Shown in pieces: positions 10,184 through 20,261 of a stretch of DNA of 64,000 bases (its first letter is position 1; every line of letters starts with the position of its first letter). The DNA comes from Candidatus Thorarchaeota archaeon (GTDB lineage: Archaea; Asgardarchaeota; Thorarchaeia; Thorarchaeales; Thorarchaeaceae): contig JBHLRP010000006.1 in the NCBI GenBank assembly GCA_048882485.1, positions 42,423 through 106,422 of the forward strand, written 5' to 3'. The translations under genes and the position numbers were made by a program. The notes beneath the pieces are model-generated. The model worked only from the letters and a program-made list of their open reading frames with translations. It did no database searches and had not been told where the DNA came from.

Positions 10184-11269
10184 GTGGAGTTGGAATTGAC
10201 GACTCATGGAATGTCCTTCATCCATCAACCTCTATCTGACACACATGCCCAACCATTCCCCAAGCCGAATATCGAAGCGTTTGAGAATCCGCTTAGAATT
10301 CAGATGGCTTACAAGTACCTTGAAGAGAATGGCGTGCTTAAAGGGATGAAGGTGTCCAAGGCAAATCGAGCAAAGTTTGATGATGCACTGCTAGTCCACT
10401 CACCATACCTCGTTCATACTGTTGAGATAATGTCTGACTTGGGAAGTGGATATCTTGGCGAATCGTCATATGCAAGTCCCGACTTACTTCGCTCTGCTCT
10501 GCATGCACTCGGCGGAGCAATTGAATCTGCAAAGCTAGTATCAGAAGGGAACACCAGACATGCCTTCGCACTAGTAAGGCCGCCTGGGCATCATGCATCG
10601 ACTTCAACATCGATGGGTCTGTGTTATTTCAACAATGTTGCTGTTGCTGCGAAGACTGCTATGGCAAGAGATGACGTGAATCGAATCACGATTCTTGATA
10701 TAGACAATCACTTTGGAAATGGGACGGCTGAGATATTCTATGCAGATTCGAATATACAGTATATCTCGATGCACGAGTATGACTATGAGAATTTTGGCGT
10801 GGGACATTTTGACGAGATTGGGCATGGTGAAGGGAAAGGAAAGAACATCAACATTCCCCTCGTTGAAACGAGTCCTAACATCTCATACGAGTCAGCATTA
10901 AAGCAGATTGTAACTCCAGCTTTGGAAAGCTTCAAACCTGACATCATAGCAGTTTCTGCTGGATTCGATGCCCACTATGCGGATCCCGTAGGGAACATGG
11001 ATGTTGATTCGAGAACATACTGGCTTATTGGAAACCTCGTAGAGAAGACGGTGTCTAAGCTGGGAATTAGAGGCTCATTTTGGATTCTTGAGGGAGGATA
11101 CAATCCATTTGTGCTTGGTTCAAGCATAAGAGCGAGTCTGGAAGGGCTACAAAACAGGAAACTCCCTCAACTCGATGATCAGATCGATCGTGAGAAGCAC
11201 AAGATGTTGATAGAATCCAATGAGGAGATTATTGAGAAGGTCCTAGAAACGGTTTCGCCCTATTTCTGA
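10184..11269 (+). CDS. Histone deacetylase family (class II-like) Zn deacetylase
   Basis: RPPGHHA, GLCYFNN, DIDNHFGNGT, SAGFDAH, LEGGY. Confidence 0.93.
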   Translation: MELELTTHGMSFIHQPLSDTHAQPFPKPNIEAFENPLRIQMAYKYLEENGVLKGMKVSKANRAKFDDALLVHSPYLVHTVEIMSDLGSGYLGESSYASPDLLRSALHALGGAIESAKLVSEGNTRHAFALVRPPGHHASTSTSMGLCYFNNVAVAAKTAMARDDVNRITILDIDNHFGNGTAEIFYADSNIQYISMHEYDYENFGVGHFDEIGHGEGKGKNINIPLVETSPNISYESALKQIVTPALESFKPDIIAVSAGFDAHYADPVGNMDVDSRTYWLIGNLVEKTVSKLGIRGSFWILEGGYNPFVLGSSIRASLEGLQNRKLPQLDDQIDREKHKMLIESNEEIIEKVLETVSPYF

Positions 11270-11372
11270 TGAAAGTGTGTAGCTAATTTGCGGTACTTCT
11301 GAATCGTTCCATGCACAACGTTTTAAGGCCAAGCAACTTCGGCGATTTCAGAACCAGCAATGGTGAGTATAT

Positions 11373-11660
11373 TTGGGTAAAAAGAGAAAATCCGGTGGCA
11401 GAAGCAAGGGCAGCGCAGGAAAGTCCAAGACAGTCCAGTGCTCAAAGTGCGGACGAATGGTCCCAGCTGACAAGGCCAAGAGATATACAAAGCGGGTTTC
11501 AGCTGTCGATCCACAGCTTGCACGTGAACTCCGCCAACAGGGGAGTTTCATTCAGACTCGCAAGACCACATCATACTACTGCGTTAGCTGTGCAGTGCAC
11601 TCTGGAAAGGTCCAGATTCGACAAGCATCTGAGCGGAAAACAAAACCTGGCCGCCGCTAA
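11373..11660 (+). CDS. rps26e: 30S ribosomal protein S26e
   Basis: KKRKSGGRSK, CSKCGRMVPADKA, YCVSCAVH. Confidence 0.95.
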   Translation: MGKKRKSGGRSKGSAGKSKTVQCSKCGRMVPADKAKRYTKRVSAVDPQLARELRQQGSFIQTRKTTSYYCVSCAVHSGKVQIRQASERKTKPGRR

Positions 11661-11735
11661 TAGATCAAACACAACATGTCAGATATTATTGCCTCGCGAA
11701 TATCAAAGGACCCATCATAATAGCTGGTTCTCCAA

Positions 11736-12338
11736 ATGATGGAACAAGTAACACATCTGAGATTCATTTTGTACATCCCAGAAATCTTTGAAGCTGGAAA
11801 TTTCCATTTAAAAGACCTACCAGGATCAGGAAAGAGAATAGATGTTCTATGCCGCGCTCTAGCCGCATGTTTCGACTGGGGACCAGCAAGTCTTGATAAA
11901 TCGAGTCTGGAGATTATCGCCCTTGATGACAAGACCTCTTGTCTTCGAATCAAAAACCCAAACGCAGAGATGCCAAGAGGTGAGGTTTGGTGGGCAGATG
12001 CAGTCAAGGATGCATTGAACGGAAACCCCCCTCCTTTCATAGGTGTTGAGAATAAGACCTTGAAAGACGTTATCATGGAAATCTTGGCCGGCAGGGAAGA
12101 TAACCTGTGGGTGCTAGATGAAGGTGGAGAATCATTGGCTCAAGAAAAGAAGCCGTTATTCAATGCGCAGAACAGCTTCATTATTGGGGGCTATAGAGGG
12201 TTTGATTCCGAGGCGCTGAAAGCCTTTGAAGACCACAGCATTTATCGACTCTCTCTAGGAACAACTAGCTACCTTGCGAGTCATTGCATTGCAGCGATAA
12301 TATCAATGTATGAGGAGATGATTCATGATGTCAGGTGA
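11736..12338 (+). CDS. trmY: tRNA (pseudouridine54-N1)-methyltransferase, SPOUT fold
   Basis: DLPGSGKRIDVLCR, FIIGGYRGF, LSLGTTSYLASHCI. Confidence 0.85.
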   Translation: MMEQVTHLRFILYIPEIFEAGNFHLKDLPGSGKRIDVLCRALAACFDWGPASLDKSSLEIIALDDKTSCLRIKNPNAEMPRGEVWWADAVKDALNGNPPPFIGVENKTLKDVIMEILAGREDNLWVLDEGGESLAQEKKPLFNAQNSFIIGGYRGFDSEALKAFEDHSIYRLSLGTTSYLASHCIAAIISMYEEMIHDVR

Positions 12339-12675
12339 AACTTCCGAAAAGCAGTCAAGAGCCGTAGAAAGACTAGTGAACAAACTGACCAAGGAGATGC
12401 TCTGGATATACATTCTTCGACTCCTCCAAGAAAGACCCCACTACGGGTATGAGATAAAGGAGCTCGTAACAAAGAGGTTCGGGTTTTCGCCTGCTACAGT
12501 GAGCGGCTATGCAATCATATATCGCTTGCAGAGAGACGGTCTCATACAGAGCCAAGCGTCCAGTGAATCAACAAGAAAATACTACGAGATAACAGAGAAA
12601 GGCAGTGAAGCAATGAAGCTAGCCAGAGATTTCCTCTTTTCAACCATATCAAGAGTATTTGATATCACTGAATAA
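12325..12675 (+). CDS. PadR-family transcription regulator
   Basis: ILRLLQERPHYGYEI...RKYYEITEKG. Confidence 0.9.
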   Translation: MMSGETSEKQSRAVERLVNKLTKEMLWIYILRLLQERPHYGYEIKELVTKRFGFSPATVSGYAIIYRLQRDGLIQSQASSESTRKYYEITEKGSEAMKLARDFLFSTISRVFDITE

Positions 12676-13611
12676 TTAACGAATAGTGATTTCCTCAAGC
12701 AGTTGCTTGGTTCTTTGTTGTACGACCTTGCTATCAAGTCTGAAATCTGTACCCCCTGAGGACTCAACAACAATACTAGCAACAGCTGAGGCAAAGGCTC
12801 CACATTCAGCAATTGAACGCTCTTCTATCATCTTTGCGGCAAAAGCGGACAAATATGAATCACCCGCACCAGTACCATTCGCTGTATTAATCTTGTATGC
12901 AGGAATCCGGTAGAAATCCATCCCATCGAATACAATACTACCTTCATCAGAAAGGGTGACTATTCCTACTTCGGACCCAGATTCAACTAGCATCTCAACA
13001 GCCAGAAAAGGATCATCTTCACCAGTCAAGATCTTGGACTCTAAGCGATTTGGCTTCACAACATCAATGAGGTCCAGTATTTCCTCTGCTACGCGATGAT
13101 TCCCCATGAGCCGGACCCGATTGTCTTCGCTAACTCTCCTAAATCGGGGGTCGAGAAGAATGATTGAATCTGAAGATTCATGGAGCCACTCAATGAATTC
13201 AGCGTGAATCTCACGAAGCACGGGGCTTAGCAGAATCATCTTTGCATGGAGGAATTCGTCCGGAATATCGCGAATTCCTATTTCGCTCTTTGTTCCGACC
13301 AAGTTCGCGAATTTGCTTCCTTCTAGGTCTAGTGCAACTTGAAACCTACTGGTTTCAGCAGAGTTGGTCAAGAAGAACTCGATATCGTGCTTGTCTAGAA
13401 CCTCTGTTGCCTTGCTACGTAGCTCGCTGCCAACAGTTCCAACCAATGCGACATTTCCTACTCCCAGCTTCGCCGCCACGACTGCAGCATACACAGCTCC
13501 ACTTGCCAGTCGTATGGACTTTTCCTCGTAATAAGCTGGATTTCCAATCACGACAATGTCATACATTGAGTCATTCTTCACCTTCCATTTGTAGGATGAC
13601 TTTCCGTGCAT
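12676..13611 (-). CDS. PfkB/ribokinase-family kinase (start probably 13566, MYDIVV)
   Basis: KPNRLE, IVTLSDEGS, GTGAGDSY. Confidence 0.88.
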   Translation of the reverse strand: MHGKSSYKWKVKNDSMYDIVVIGNPAYYEEKSIRLASGAVYAAVVAAKLGVGNVALVGTVGSELRSKATEVLDKHDIEFFLTNSAETSRFQVALDLEGSKFANLVGTKSEIGIRDIPDEFLHAKMILLSPVLREIHAEFIEWLHESSDSIILLDPRFRRVSEDNRVRLMGNHRVAEEILDLIDVVKPNRLESKILTGEDDPFLAVEMLVESGSEVGIVTLSDEGSIVFDGMDFYRIPAYKINTANGTGAGDSYLSAFAAKMIEERSIAECGAFASAVASIVVESSGGTDFRLDSKVVQQRTKQLLEEITIR

Positions 13612-14299
13612 ATGCCAACCGCTGAACTACAGTGATGTGTGACAATATTCCGACGATTACAACACACAACGTAAGGATGTTCGTTACTCCAGCTGTGACA
13701 AACAGATCCATAATACCAGCAGGTAGAAAAGCCAAGAATTCAAGCCAGATATTTGTGGGAGGCAGAGCCAGAAGGAGTATCCCTGCGAAAGTCAGTATTA
13801 GCTTCTCCTGTCTCTCTGCAATTCCGACCGAGCAGCTTTCCATTCCTCCGACCGACTCGGCCTTGGCTCTCGAAAAGCTCGCCATGATCATTCCGAATAA
13901 TGAGAACACTCCCCAGAACCATGGGAGATAGCTCTCATTTGGTGTTATTATCCACCAAGCTACCGGTGTCATGACTGTGGGCCCCATCATCAATCCTAGG
14001 ATAAAGAGAAACTCAGCATATCTGTCGAGGGTATGGTCGAATGTTGCCCCGAACTTGGTCATTAGATTTGCCGCGCGGGCAACTGCTCCATCAAGCATAT
14101 CCATAACGACAGTGAGGAGCATCAGAAGAAAGCCTCCCATGAGATCACCCAGGAAGAAAAAGTATGCGCTCACCAAAGCAACTAGCACCGTAAGTCCAGT
14201 TATCACATTTGGAGTAATTCCAGTCCTAGCTAGTAGTCTTCCCACTGGCATCATGACCTTCTGATATCTCTCTCTCAATTTTCCAAGCATGAGCTTCAC
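13571..14299 (-). CDS. CDP-alcohol phosphatidyltransferase (archaetidylinositol-phosphate synthase-like)
   Basis: TPNVIT, DMLDGAVAR...GATFDHTLDRYAE, SFSRAKAES, GIAERQEKL. Confidence 0.9.
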   Translation of the reverse strand: MKLMLGKLRERYQKVMMPVGRLLARTGITPNVITGLTVLVALVSAYFFFLGDLMGGFLLMLLTVVMDMLDGAVARAANLMTKFGATFDHTLDRYAEFLFILGLMMGPTVMTPVAWWIITPNESYLPWFWGVFSLFGMIMASFSRAKAESVGGMESCSVGIAERQEKLILTFAGILLLALPPTNIWLEFLAFLPAGIMDLFVTAGVTNILTLCVVIVGILSHITVVQRLAYARKVILQMEGEE

Positions 14300-14364
14300 A
14301 TTTCCAGGATTCGAGGTCGGGCTTCGCCGACCTGACTTGCGTTAATAAACGTGTTGTGGGCTGC

Positions 14365-16032
14365 TCAAAGCACACTCATAATGCGATTGAGAACCCACTC
14401 ATTACCAAGCAGGTTCAAGAAGCCGCCCAATCTTGGACCTGATTTTCGGGATATCAGAACCCTATAGAGAACGACAAATGCTCTCTTGTCTTTTAGGCCC
14501 ACTGAACGAGCGGTTTCAAAGACCTTGCTCTGCAATTCCTCATCATCAAGAGGCTCGCCCTTCAGGACCTCGGAGAATTTTCGGAGAAATTCGCGGTCAT
14601 TCTCAGTAATAGTATCAATAATTTCCGTAGGCACCGATTCTGAAACCTCAACCTTGTCACGTTCAGTTCCATACTCATGGGCCCAAGTCTTTGCTTGATG
14701 CAGTCTGATGGGGATCAGCTCTTTTGCTTCAGGAGGTACAGTATCGAGACCATACTGCTTCTTGAGTACTTGCTCGCATCGATCGAGAATACTCATAGAC
14801 CCAAGAATATCCTCCATCTGTGAGGTTATGACTGCGAATTTGAATGGTAGTTTTGGAATATACTTCCCTGAAACCTCCCCAGCAAGACATAGAGGGTACA
14901 ATAGCTGAATGTATTCGGCTCGCTCTTCGGTAGTTTCCTCAAGACCATAGTAAGCTCTCTCGAATCTATCAAACTCATCCACCATGTCAGGAATTCGTTC
15001 AGGCTGCAAGTCAATTGCTCTCTCAAGAGGTGGTCGTAGCACGATATATCGATAAAGCTCAGGAGGCGCGATTGATAACCAGACCCTTGGGCTGAATACA
15101 ATACCTTCAGAGGTTGACATATCGCGTCCACCAATGCGGACCCACTCAAAAGGAACTTTCACTGGACCCTCCCAACCAAAGACTCGTCGAGATATCTCTA
15201 GACCAGTGTCGAAGGAGCCCCCTTTTACAGAGTGGTCTTTTCCTGCAGGCTCACATGTCACGTTTAGCACATACCATTTAGCTGGCCAATCAATTCGCCA
15301 GGAGAGTTTTACTTGAAGGCCATCAAGAGGCGCCTCATCACTGTGACCACATGACGGACATGAAAATGACGCCTTGTCAGTAACGGGATTATAGTCTGTG
15401 ATTCTATTAACAACTATTTCCCCCTTCGCGCCTGCCTGAATACGTCCGCAGGAAGGACAGAATACAGAGGCAGGATACCAATTCTTCATAGATTCAACAT
15501 AGTCTGCCTTTTGTTCTTCATTGAAGTCACTGGCTACATATTCAATGAGTATCTCTCGAATGATTTCCGTGTTCTTCAAGCACAGCCTAATGGCTTCCAG
15601 CATTTCCGGAGTTTCGTATAGTTTGCTTTGCCATATCACTTCTGGATTTACACCAAATTGTGGGAATGTTTCTATGAACTCATTGGCTGCATGAGCCGCG
15701 AAACTCTCACAACAACCAAACTCATCAGGAACTTGAGAATACGGTATTCCAAGCCAATCTTCAAGAGGGAGTGACACACTTGCGGGAAATGAACGCACCG
15801 GATCATAGTCATCGGCAACAAAGAGAGTCCTGGCATTCTTTCCAGCTTCAATGAGTTTTCGCTTGATGACATCAGCTATTATGAGCTCGCGGACGAAGCT
15901 AATGGGGATGCTACCACTTATGCTCTTCCCGGTAGAAACCAAGTACTCATCGACATCGCGTTCTAGAACAGTGTCGACTACATCACTTATCCAGTGAATG
16001 CTGTAATCTTCATCTGGAACATCATCGGACAC
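14365..16032 (-). CDS. lysS: Class I lysyl-tRNA synthetase homolog with degenerate HIGH/KMSKS motifs
   Basis: HW, DDYD, GIPYSQVPD, KLSWRIDWPAKW, EPAGKDH, SGPRLG all match LysRS1; HIGN position reads PISF and KMSxSK reads DMSTSE. Confidence 0.85.
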   Translation of the reverse strand: MSDDVPDEDYSIHWISDVVDTVLERDVDEYLVSTGKSISGSIPISFVRELIIADVIKRKLIEAGKNARTLFVADDYDPVRSFPASVSLPLEDWLGIPYSQVPDEFGCCESFAAHAANEFIETFPQFGVNPEVIWQSKLYETPEMLEAIRLCLKNTEIIREILIEYVASDFNEEQKADYVESMKNWYPASVFCPSCGRIQAGAKGEIVVNRITDYNPVTDKASFSCPSCGHSDEAPLDGLQVKLSWRIDWPAKWYVLNVTCEPAGKDHSVKGGSFDTGLEISRRVFGWEGPVKVPFEWVRIGGRDMSTSEGIVFSPRVWLSIAPPELYRYIVLRPPLERAIDLQPERIPDMVDEFDRFERAYYGLEETTEERAEYIQLLYPLCLAGEVSGKYIPKLPFKFAVITSQMEDILGSMSILDRCEQVLKKQYGLDTVPPEAKELIPIRLHQAKTWAHEYGTERDKVEVSESVPTEIIDTITENDREFLRKFSEVLKGEPLDDEELQSKVFETARSVGLKDKRAFVVLYRVLISRKSGPRLGGFLNLLGNEWVLNRIMSVL

Positions 16033-16080
16033 CTGACTGTCACCACCTTCACCCTCGGGCCTGTGCTAAAGAAGATTGCT

Positions 16081-18003
16081 CTAGACAGAGAACTCAGTGA
16101 CACGAAGTTCTGATTTACTCTGGAACAGGATGTATACTGGGACAGCGGCCAATACTACAACTATCAGAAGAGCAACAAGTGTTGTCACCATAGCGATTGG
16201 TAGATAGAGAAGAGAGGGCACCGCTGCTTCAGGAATCAGGAAGTATATGCTGAAGAGCGTCGCTGCAAATACTGCTGGAATCCCTGACTTCATTCCGATG
16301 TCAGTGCCCTCAGCAATCATGACTTTAACGATAAATGACGGTTTGGCACCGATTGATTTCATTATGATGTAGTCACGCAGCCTGCCAAATACGGAAACAA
16401 GCAGGTAATTCATCAGACTAAGAAAGGCGCTCAGCAATGCCATCACTGGGAGTGGTTGAAGCAACAACCAGAATGCACCAATCGTTTCTAGGTTTTCTTC
16501 CAGGAGGGATTGTTGAAGGTAGATTTCAAATCCATAGTCATGTACAAGACTCTCAATCTGAGCTATTGCTGTAGAATCGTATCTTTCGAGTTGAACCAGG
16601 ACGAGATTTGCTCCTGACGCGCCAAAGAGGGCTTGCATCAGTTCCAAGTCCATAAAAGCTACTTCTCCACCATTCAGAATATCAAAAGCAATGGCACTGA
16701 CATTGAGCGACGAGCCACTGACTTCCAGCTTTTGTACAAGAGGATCATCATACATTGTTGTGGCTATCTGGCCACCAATCCATACATCTAGGTCTGAACT
16801 GACTTCCTGACCATCGAAGAACCAGTTTGACACCGTGGAATCCCAATTAAGACCGACAATCAATGCGGTGCCTTGTCGTCCTTGGCCAATGCTTTCATAC
16901 TGCTCGAAAGTGGGATTCCATATGATGCCAGGGCCCTCACGTATGTTTGCATAGGATAGCAACCGCATGTCCACTGTTGCGACACCCGGCAACTCTGTCA
17001 CATTTCCAATGAGATTTGAGGGAATCATGAAAGTGCTATCTATGTAGTCAAACGACTCGTCCAGCAGTTCGCCGCCACTGAGAGAATATGCACCAAAGTA
17101 TTGGTCCAATAAGTCGGGATCTCCAATGGCTACAACATCCGAACCCATTGATCTAATAATATATGCATCAGTAGTTGATTCTACTACACCGCCGCCAATC
17201 CATAGCATAGATGCCAATGATATACTTAGAAATAGACTAAGCAATGTGCGACCAGAGCCTCCAATTCTACGCCCTGTAGCTTTAGTAGCTATTCGAAAAG
17301 GCAATCCAAGGGTGTCAAGATATCCCGCTCTTCGGATCTTGGACCCAATCTCAGGATTCAGTGCGGCTATTGGTGATTCATGGACGGTATCATAGATTGG
17401 CTTCTGTGCAGCAAAGAAACCGATGATAAGGTAGATCGCTGCATATGCGAGGACTTGGAGCCATGGGAAGTCAAGAGAGAAGCTAAGCGTTGGGATAAGT
17501 GATGCAAGCCACGCCAAACCAAGAATGTAGAATATTGCTCCTACAGCAATTCCAACTATCACACTGGTCCCAAGAAGAATCAAGGCCTGAGCCATGAAGT
17601 GATCGAAAATAGTGTCCATCAATGTGCCAATTGATTTCATTAGCCCGATGTCCTTGCGTCGTGTGACAACCTCCAGAGAAATTGTGCTTGATACTACGAC
17701 GACTCCAAGTGATAGAGCCAGCAAAAGCGTTGCCCAGATGAAGGTTTCGAAGAAGATTGTAAACGCACCTGTAGTCCCTCCCGAAGTGATAATGGAGGTC
17801 ACGTCAAGCAAAGCATTGCCAAAAAGAAGAAGGAATGTAGTTGCGGCAACTACTGTTGATAAAGATGCAAAGACAAGCGTAGTCCTGAAGGGACGTCGTT
17901 TCAGGTCCTTTGATGCATAATCTTGCTCAGACATTAGAGGACAGCACTCCATTGTCCATAGTGAGATGACGGGCACCCTTTGTTCTGACGATAGCATTGT
18001 CAT
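16081..18003 (-). CDS. FtsX/MacB-type ABC permease (two FtsX domains; start probably 17934)
   Basis: RRKDIGLMKSIG and RLRDYIIMKSIGA, multiple TMs, large extracellular loop. Confidence 0.85.
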   Translation of the reverse strand: MTMLSSEQRVPVISLWTMECCPLMSEQDYASKDLKRRPFRTTLVFASLSTVVAATTFLLLFGNALLDVTSIITSGGTTGAFTIFFETFIWATLLLALSLGVVVVSSTISLEVVTRRKDIGLMKSIGTLMDTIFDHFMAQALILLGTSVIVGIAVGAIFYILGLAWLASLIPTLSFSLDFPWLQVLAYAAIYLIIGFFAAQKPIYDTVHESPIAALNPEIGSKIRRAGYLDTLGLPFRIATKATGRRIGGSGRTLLSLFLSISLASMLWIGGGVVESTTDAYIIRSMGSDVVAIGDPDLLDQYFGAYSLSGGELLDESFDYIDSTFMIPSNLIGNVTELPGVATVDMRLLSYANIREGPGIIWNPTFEQYESIGQGRQGTALIVGLNWDSTVSNWFFDGQEVSSDLDVWIGGQIATTMYDDPLVQKLEVSGSSLNVSAIAFDILNGGEVAFMDLELMQALFGASGANLVLVQLERYDSTAIAQIESLVHDYGFEIYLQQSLLEENLETIGAFWLLLQPLPVMALLSAFLSLMNYLLVSVFGRLRDYIIMKSIGAKPSFIVKVMIAEGTDIGMKSGIPAVFAATLFSIYFLIPEAAVPSLLYLPIAMVTTLVALLIVVVLAAVPVYILFQSKSELRVTEFSV

Positions 18004-18676
18004 GCGTCATCACAACCACCGCCTTGCCAGACTGATGCAATATTTGTAGAAGGTCACGTACCATCTTTGCACTCTCTGTGTCCAGATTAGCCGTTGGCTC
18101 GTCAGCTAGGATAATTGGGGGATCATTCGCCATAGCTCTGGCAATTGCGACCCTCTGCTGTTCACCCGAGCTTAATTGCCATGGAAGATGATTAGTCCTT
18201 TCTTCAAGCCATACTCTCTCGAGCAGTTTGTGTGAGTCATTTTGAATCTCCTCCAGACTCTTGTCAGTCAATTGCATTGGGAACATGACATTCTCGAGTG
18301 CAGTGAGAGTCGAAATCAGATTATAGCTCTGAAATATGAAGCCAGTATTCGAGAGACGAAAAGTTGCCCTGAATGACTCATCATAGTCACCTATTGGAAC
18401 ATCCATAACAAACACTCGACCCTCTGTTGCATAGTCTATCGCACCGATGATGTTGAGAAGAGTCGTCTTGCCGGATCCTGATGCTCCTGTAATCGCTACG
18501 AAATCCCCCATCCCGACTTCGAGTGTGACCTTGTTGAGGGCGGTGATTTCTCGTCGCCCTAATGAGTATCTTCTCGATACATCTTGGAGCCGCACTGCAA
18601 ACTTGACTCCGTCGCTGCTTACAGTTTCAACTGTGTCGTAGGTTTCATCTGCTACCCAGGCATCATCATCTGACAT
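17927..18676 (-). CDS. ABC transporter ATP-binding protein
   Basis: GASGSGKT, LSSGEQQRVAIARA, DEPTANLD. Confidence 0.95.
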   Translation of the reverse strand: MSDDDAWVADETYDTVETVSSDGVKFAVRLQDVSRRYSLGRREITALNKVTLEVGMGDFVAITGASGSGKTTLLNIIGAIDYATEGRVFVMDVPIGDYDESFRATFRLSNTGFIFQSYNLISTLTALENVMFPMQLTDKSLEEIQNDSHKLLERVWLEERTNHLPWQLSSGEQQRVAIARAMANDPPIILADEPTANLDTESAKMVRDLLQILHQSGKAVVVMTHDNAIVRTKGARHLTMDNGVLSSNV

Positions 18677-18778
18677 ATGTAAGGTCTCTCCTTTGCCAAT
18701 CTGATACTACTATGCGAGATCATCATGACCTCATCTCAAGTCAACTCTGGTTGAAAGATAAATCTAGAGGTACTTCAA

Positions 18779-19570
18779 CTACTGTACTAGTAGGCCTAGA
18801 GAGTTTATCGAATTGCGAGCCCAATCACTGAGGATGAGAGGTTTCTCTCGTCCAAAGACACGAATAGTTCTGAGGATATCAGCGTCAACGAGCCCACTAA
18901 CATAGTAACTAACGAGGCTCTTGTCAACCGAAAGGGTCCTACTCAGTTCTGCCTGGGTAATTCTACCGTTGCTAGCACATTCTACCAAGATGGAATGAAT
19001 GGTTGGATTCCTAGAGAATGCAGCCAATCGCAACACGTGATTCTCTGAGGAATAGCCCTTGAGGAACAAATGCCTGGAATTACCATTCCTCACTGAAACT
19101 ATCATGCCTTCATTCTCAAGATTGTTTAGATGGTACTGAAGAGCTCCCATTGCACACCCTATGCTTCTATGTAGTTCTCTAAGATGAATACCAGGATATG
19201 AAGAGATTTCATCAATAACACGATCACGTAGCTTCTCCAACCGTTCTTGGTCTCTTCTTTCAAGGGAGATAGTACCTAATGCTAAGATGAAGGATCCTGG
19301 CAGAATTGAGTTAGATAGATAATCAATAGAAACGACTGAGGTTCCAATTTGAAACAAAAACGAACTGCAATCAACGGTTGAAGTATTGTGCAGCCATTGC
19401 ATACTGGTTTGAAAGTCAATAACCGGCACCGCAGAGGAATCAGAAACCTCCTGAGCAATGATTTGAGTGCCAGTTGGGCCAAATCCAGAGAGAACTAGGC
19501 CAGTCAGACTTGTCGCAAGGAGAAGAAAGGACAGTCCTACTATGAAGTTCCTTAATGTCTTTGAGCCCAT
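18779..19570 (-). CDS. Membrane-anchored double winged-HTH transcription regulator
   Basis: N-terminal TM; YPGIHLRELHR...GALQYHLNNLE and ITQAELSRTLSVDKSLVSYYV. Confidence 0.8.
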   Translation of the reverse strand: MGSKTLRNFIVGLSFLLLATSLTGLVLSGFGPTGTQIIAQEVSDSSAVPVIDFQTSMQWLHNTSTVDCSSFLFQIGTSVVSIDYLSNSILPGSFILALGTISLERRDQERLEKLRDRVIDEISSYPGIHLRELHRSIGCAMGALQYHLNNLENEGMIVSVRNGNSRHLFLKGYSSENHVLRLAAFSRNPTIHSILVECASNGRITQAELSRTLSVDKSLVSYYVSGLVDADILRTIRVFGREKPLILSDWARNSINSLGLLVQ

Positions 19571-19652
19571 TGTCTATCTTCCGCCTGGAATAAAGTTTCT
19601 ATCAATATCAATTAAGCGATTGGAATGATTAAGGAACGTACTATTTTTTAAC

Positions 19653-20231
19653 TTATCCACGTGCAGGATAAGTGAGGGTTATCTTGAACCTGCAGGCATC
19701 ACCCTTGGCAGACATGCATGTCTCTTCCATAATGAGTAGCTTTTCATGCCCCATTCTATTGTAGTCTGTCAGGTACTCCATCACGGCTTCTATGAATCCT
19801 CTGAGGAAGTAGCATGATGGTTCTTCCGCCTCATAACCAGATGCATAGGGATTGTCTTGAATTCGAACAATCGCCTCCTCATCGAGAAACAGCTTGTACA
19901 GGTTCTCAATCTCAACGTCGCCAAATGGCACAATCAGTGTCTTTAGAGCCATTTTGAGAAACTCAACAATTCCCTTGAAATCGCTTGGGGGCTTTTGATT
20001 TGCTACTTTGAAATACTCACGCTGCGCCTCCAGACCAGCCAGTCGTCCAGCGCTGTAATAGAGATCTCTGACACGATCAGGGAACATTACCTCAATGCGA
20101 TTTCCAAGCTTATTCCATGTCTTGGCGAAAAACGCTCTCATCAAGTCTTTTTCTTTGACTCGGCTTTGCCACCAAGGAATAACAGGATCTCGTTTAGACA
20201 TTGTAGAGTCTCCGAAGCTGGAGGAACGCAA
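19653..20231 (-). CDS. V4R-domain protein (Bet3/TRAPP-related fold)
   Basis: YSAGRLAG, PSCYFLRGFIEA, EETCMSAKGDACRF. Confidence 0.8.
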   Translation of the reverse strand: MRSSSFGDSTMSKRDPVIPWWQSRVKEKDLMRAFFAKTWNKLGNRIEVMFPDRVRDLYYSAGRLAGLEAQREYFKVANQKPPSDFKGIVEFLKMALKTLIVPFGDVEIENLYKLFLDEEAIVRIQDNPYASGYEAEEPSCYFLRGFIEAVMEYLTDYNRMGHEKLLIMEETCMSAKGDACRFKITLTYPARG

Positions 20232-20261
20232 GGGCGGTGTTAAGTGCTTTGCTACGACTTG

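Noticed and set aside
11311-11739. 142-aa ORF overlapping rps26e
   Set aside because: Alternative frame of a clearly recognised ribosomal protein gene.
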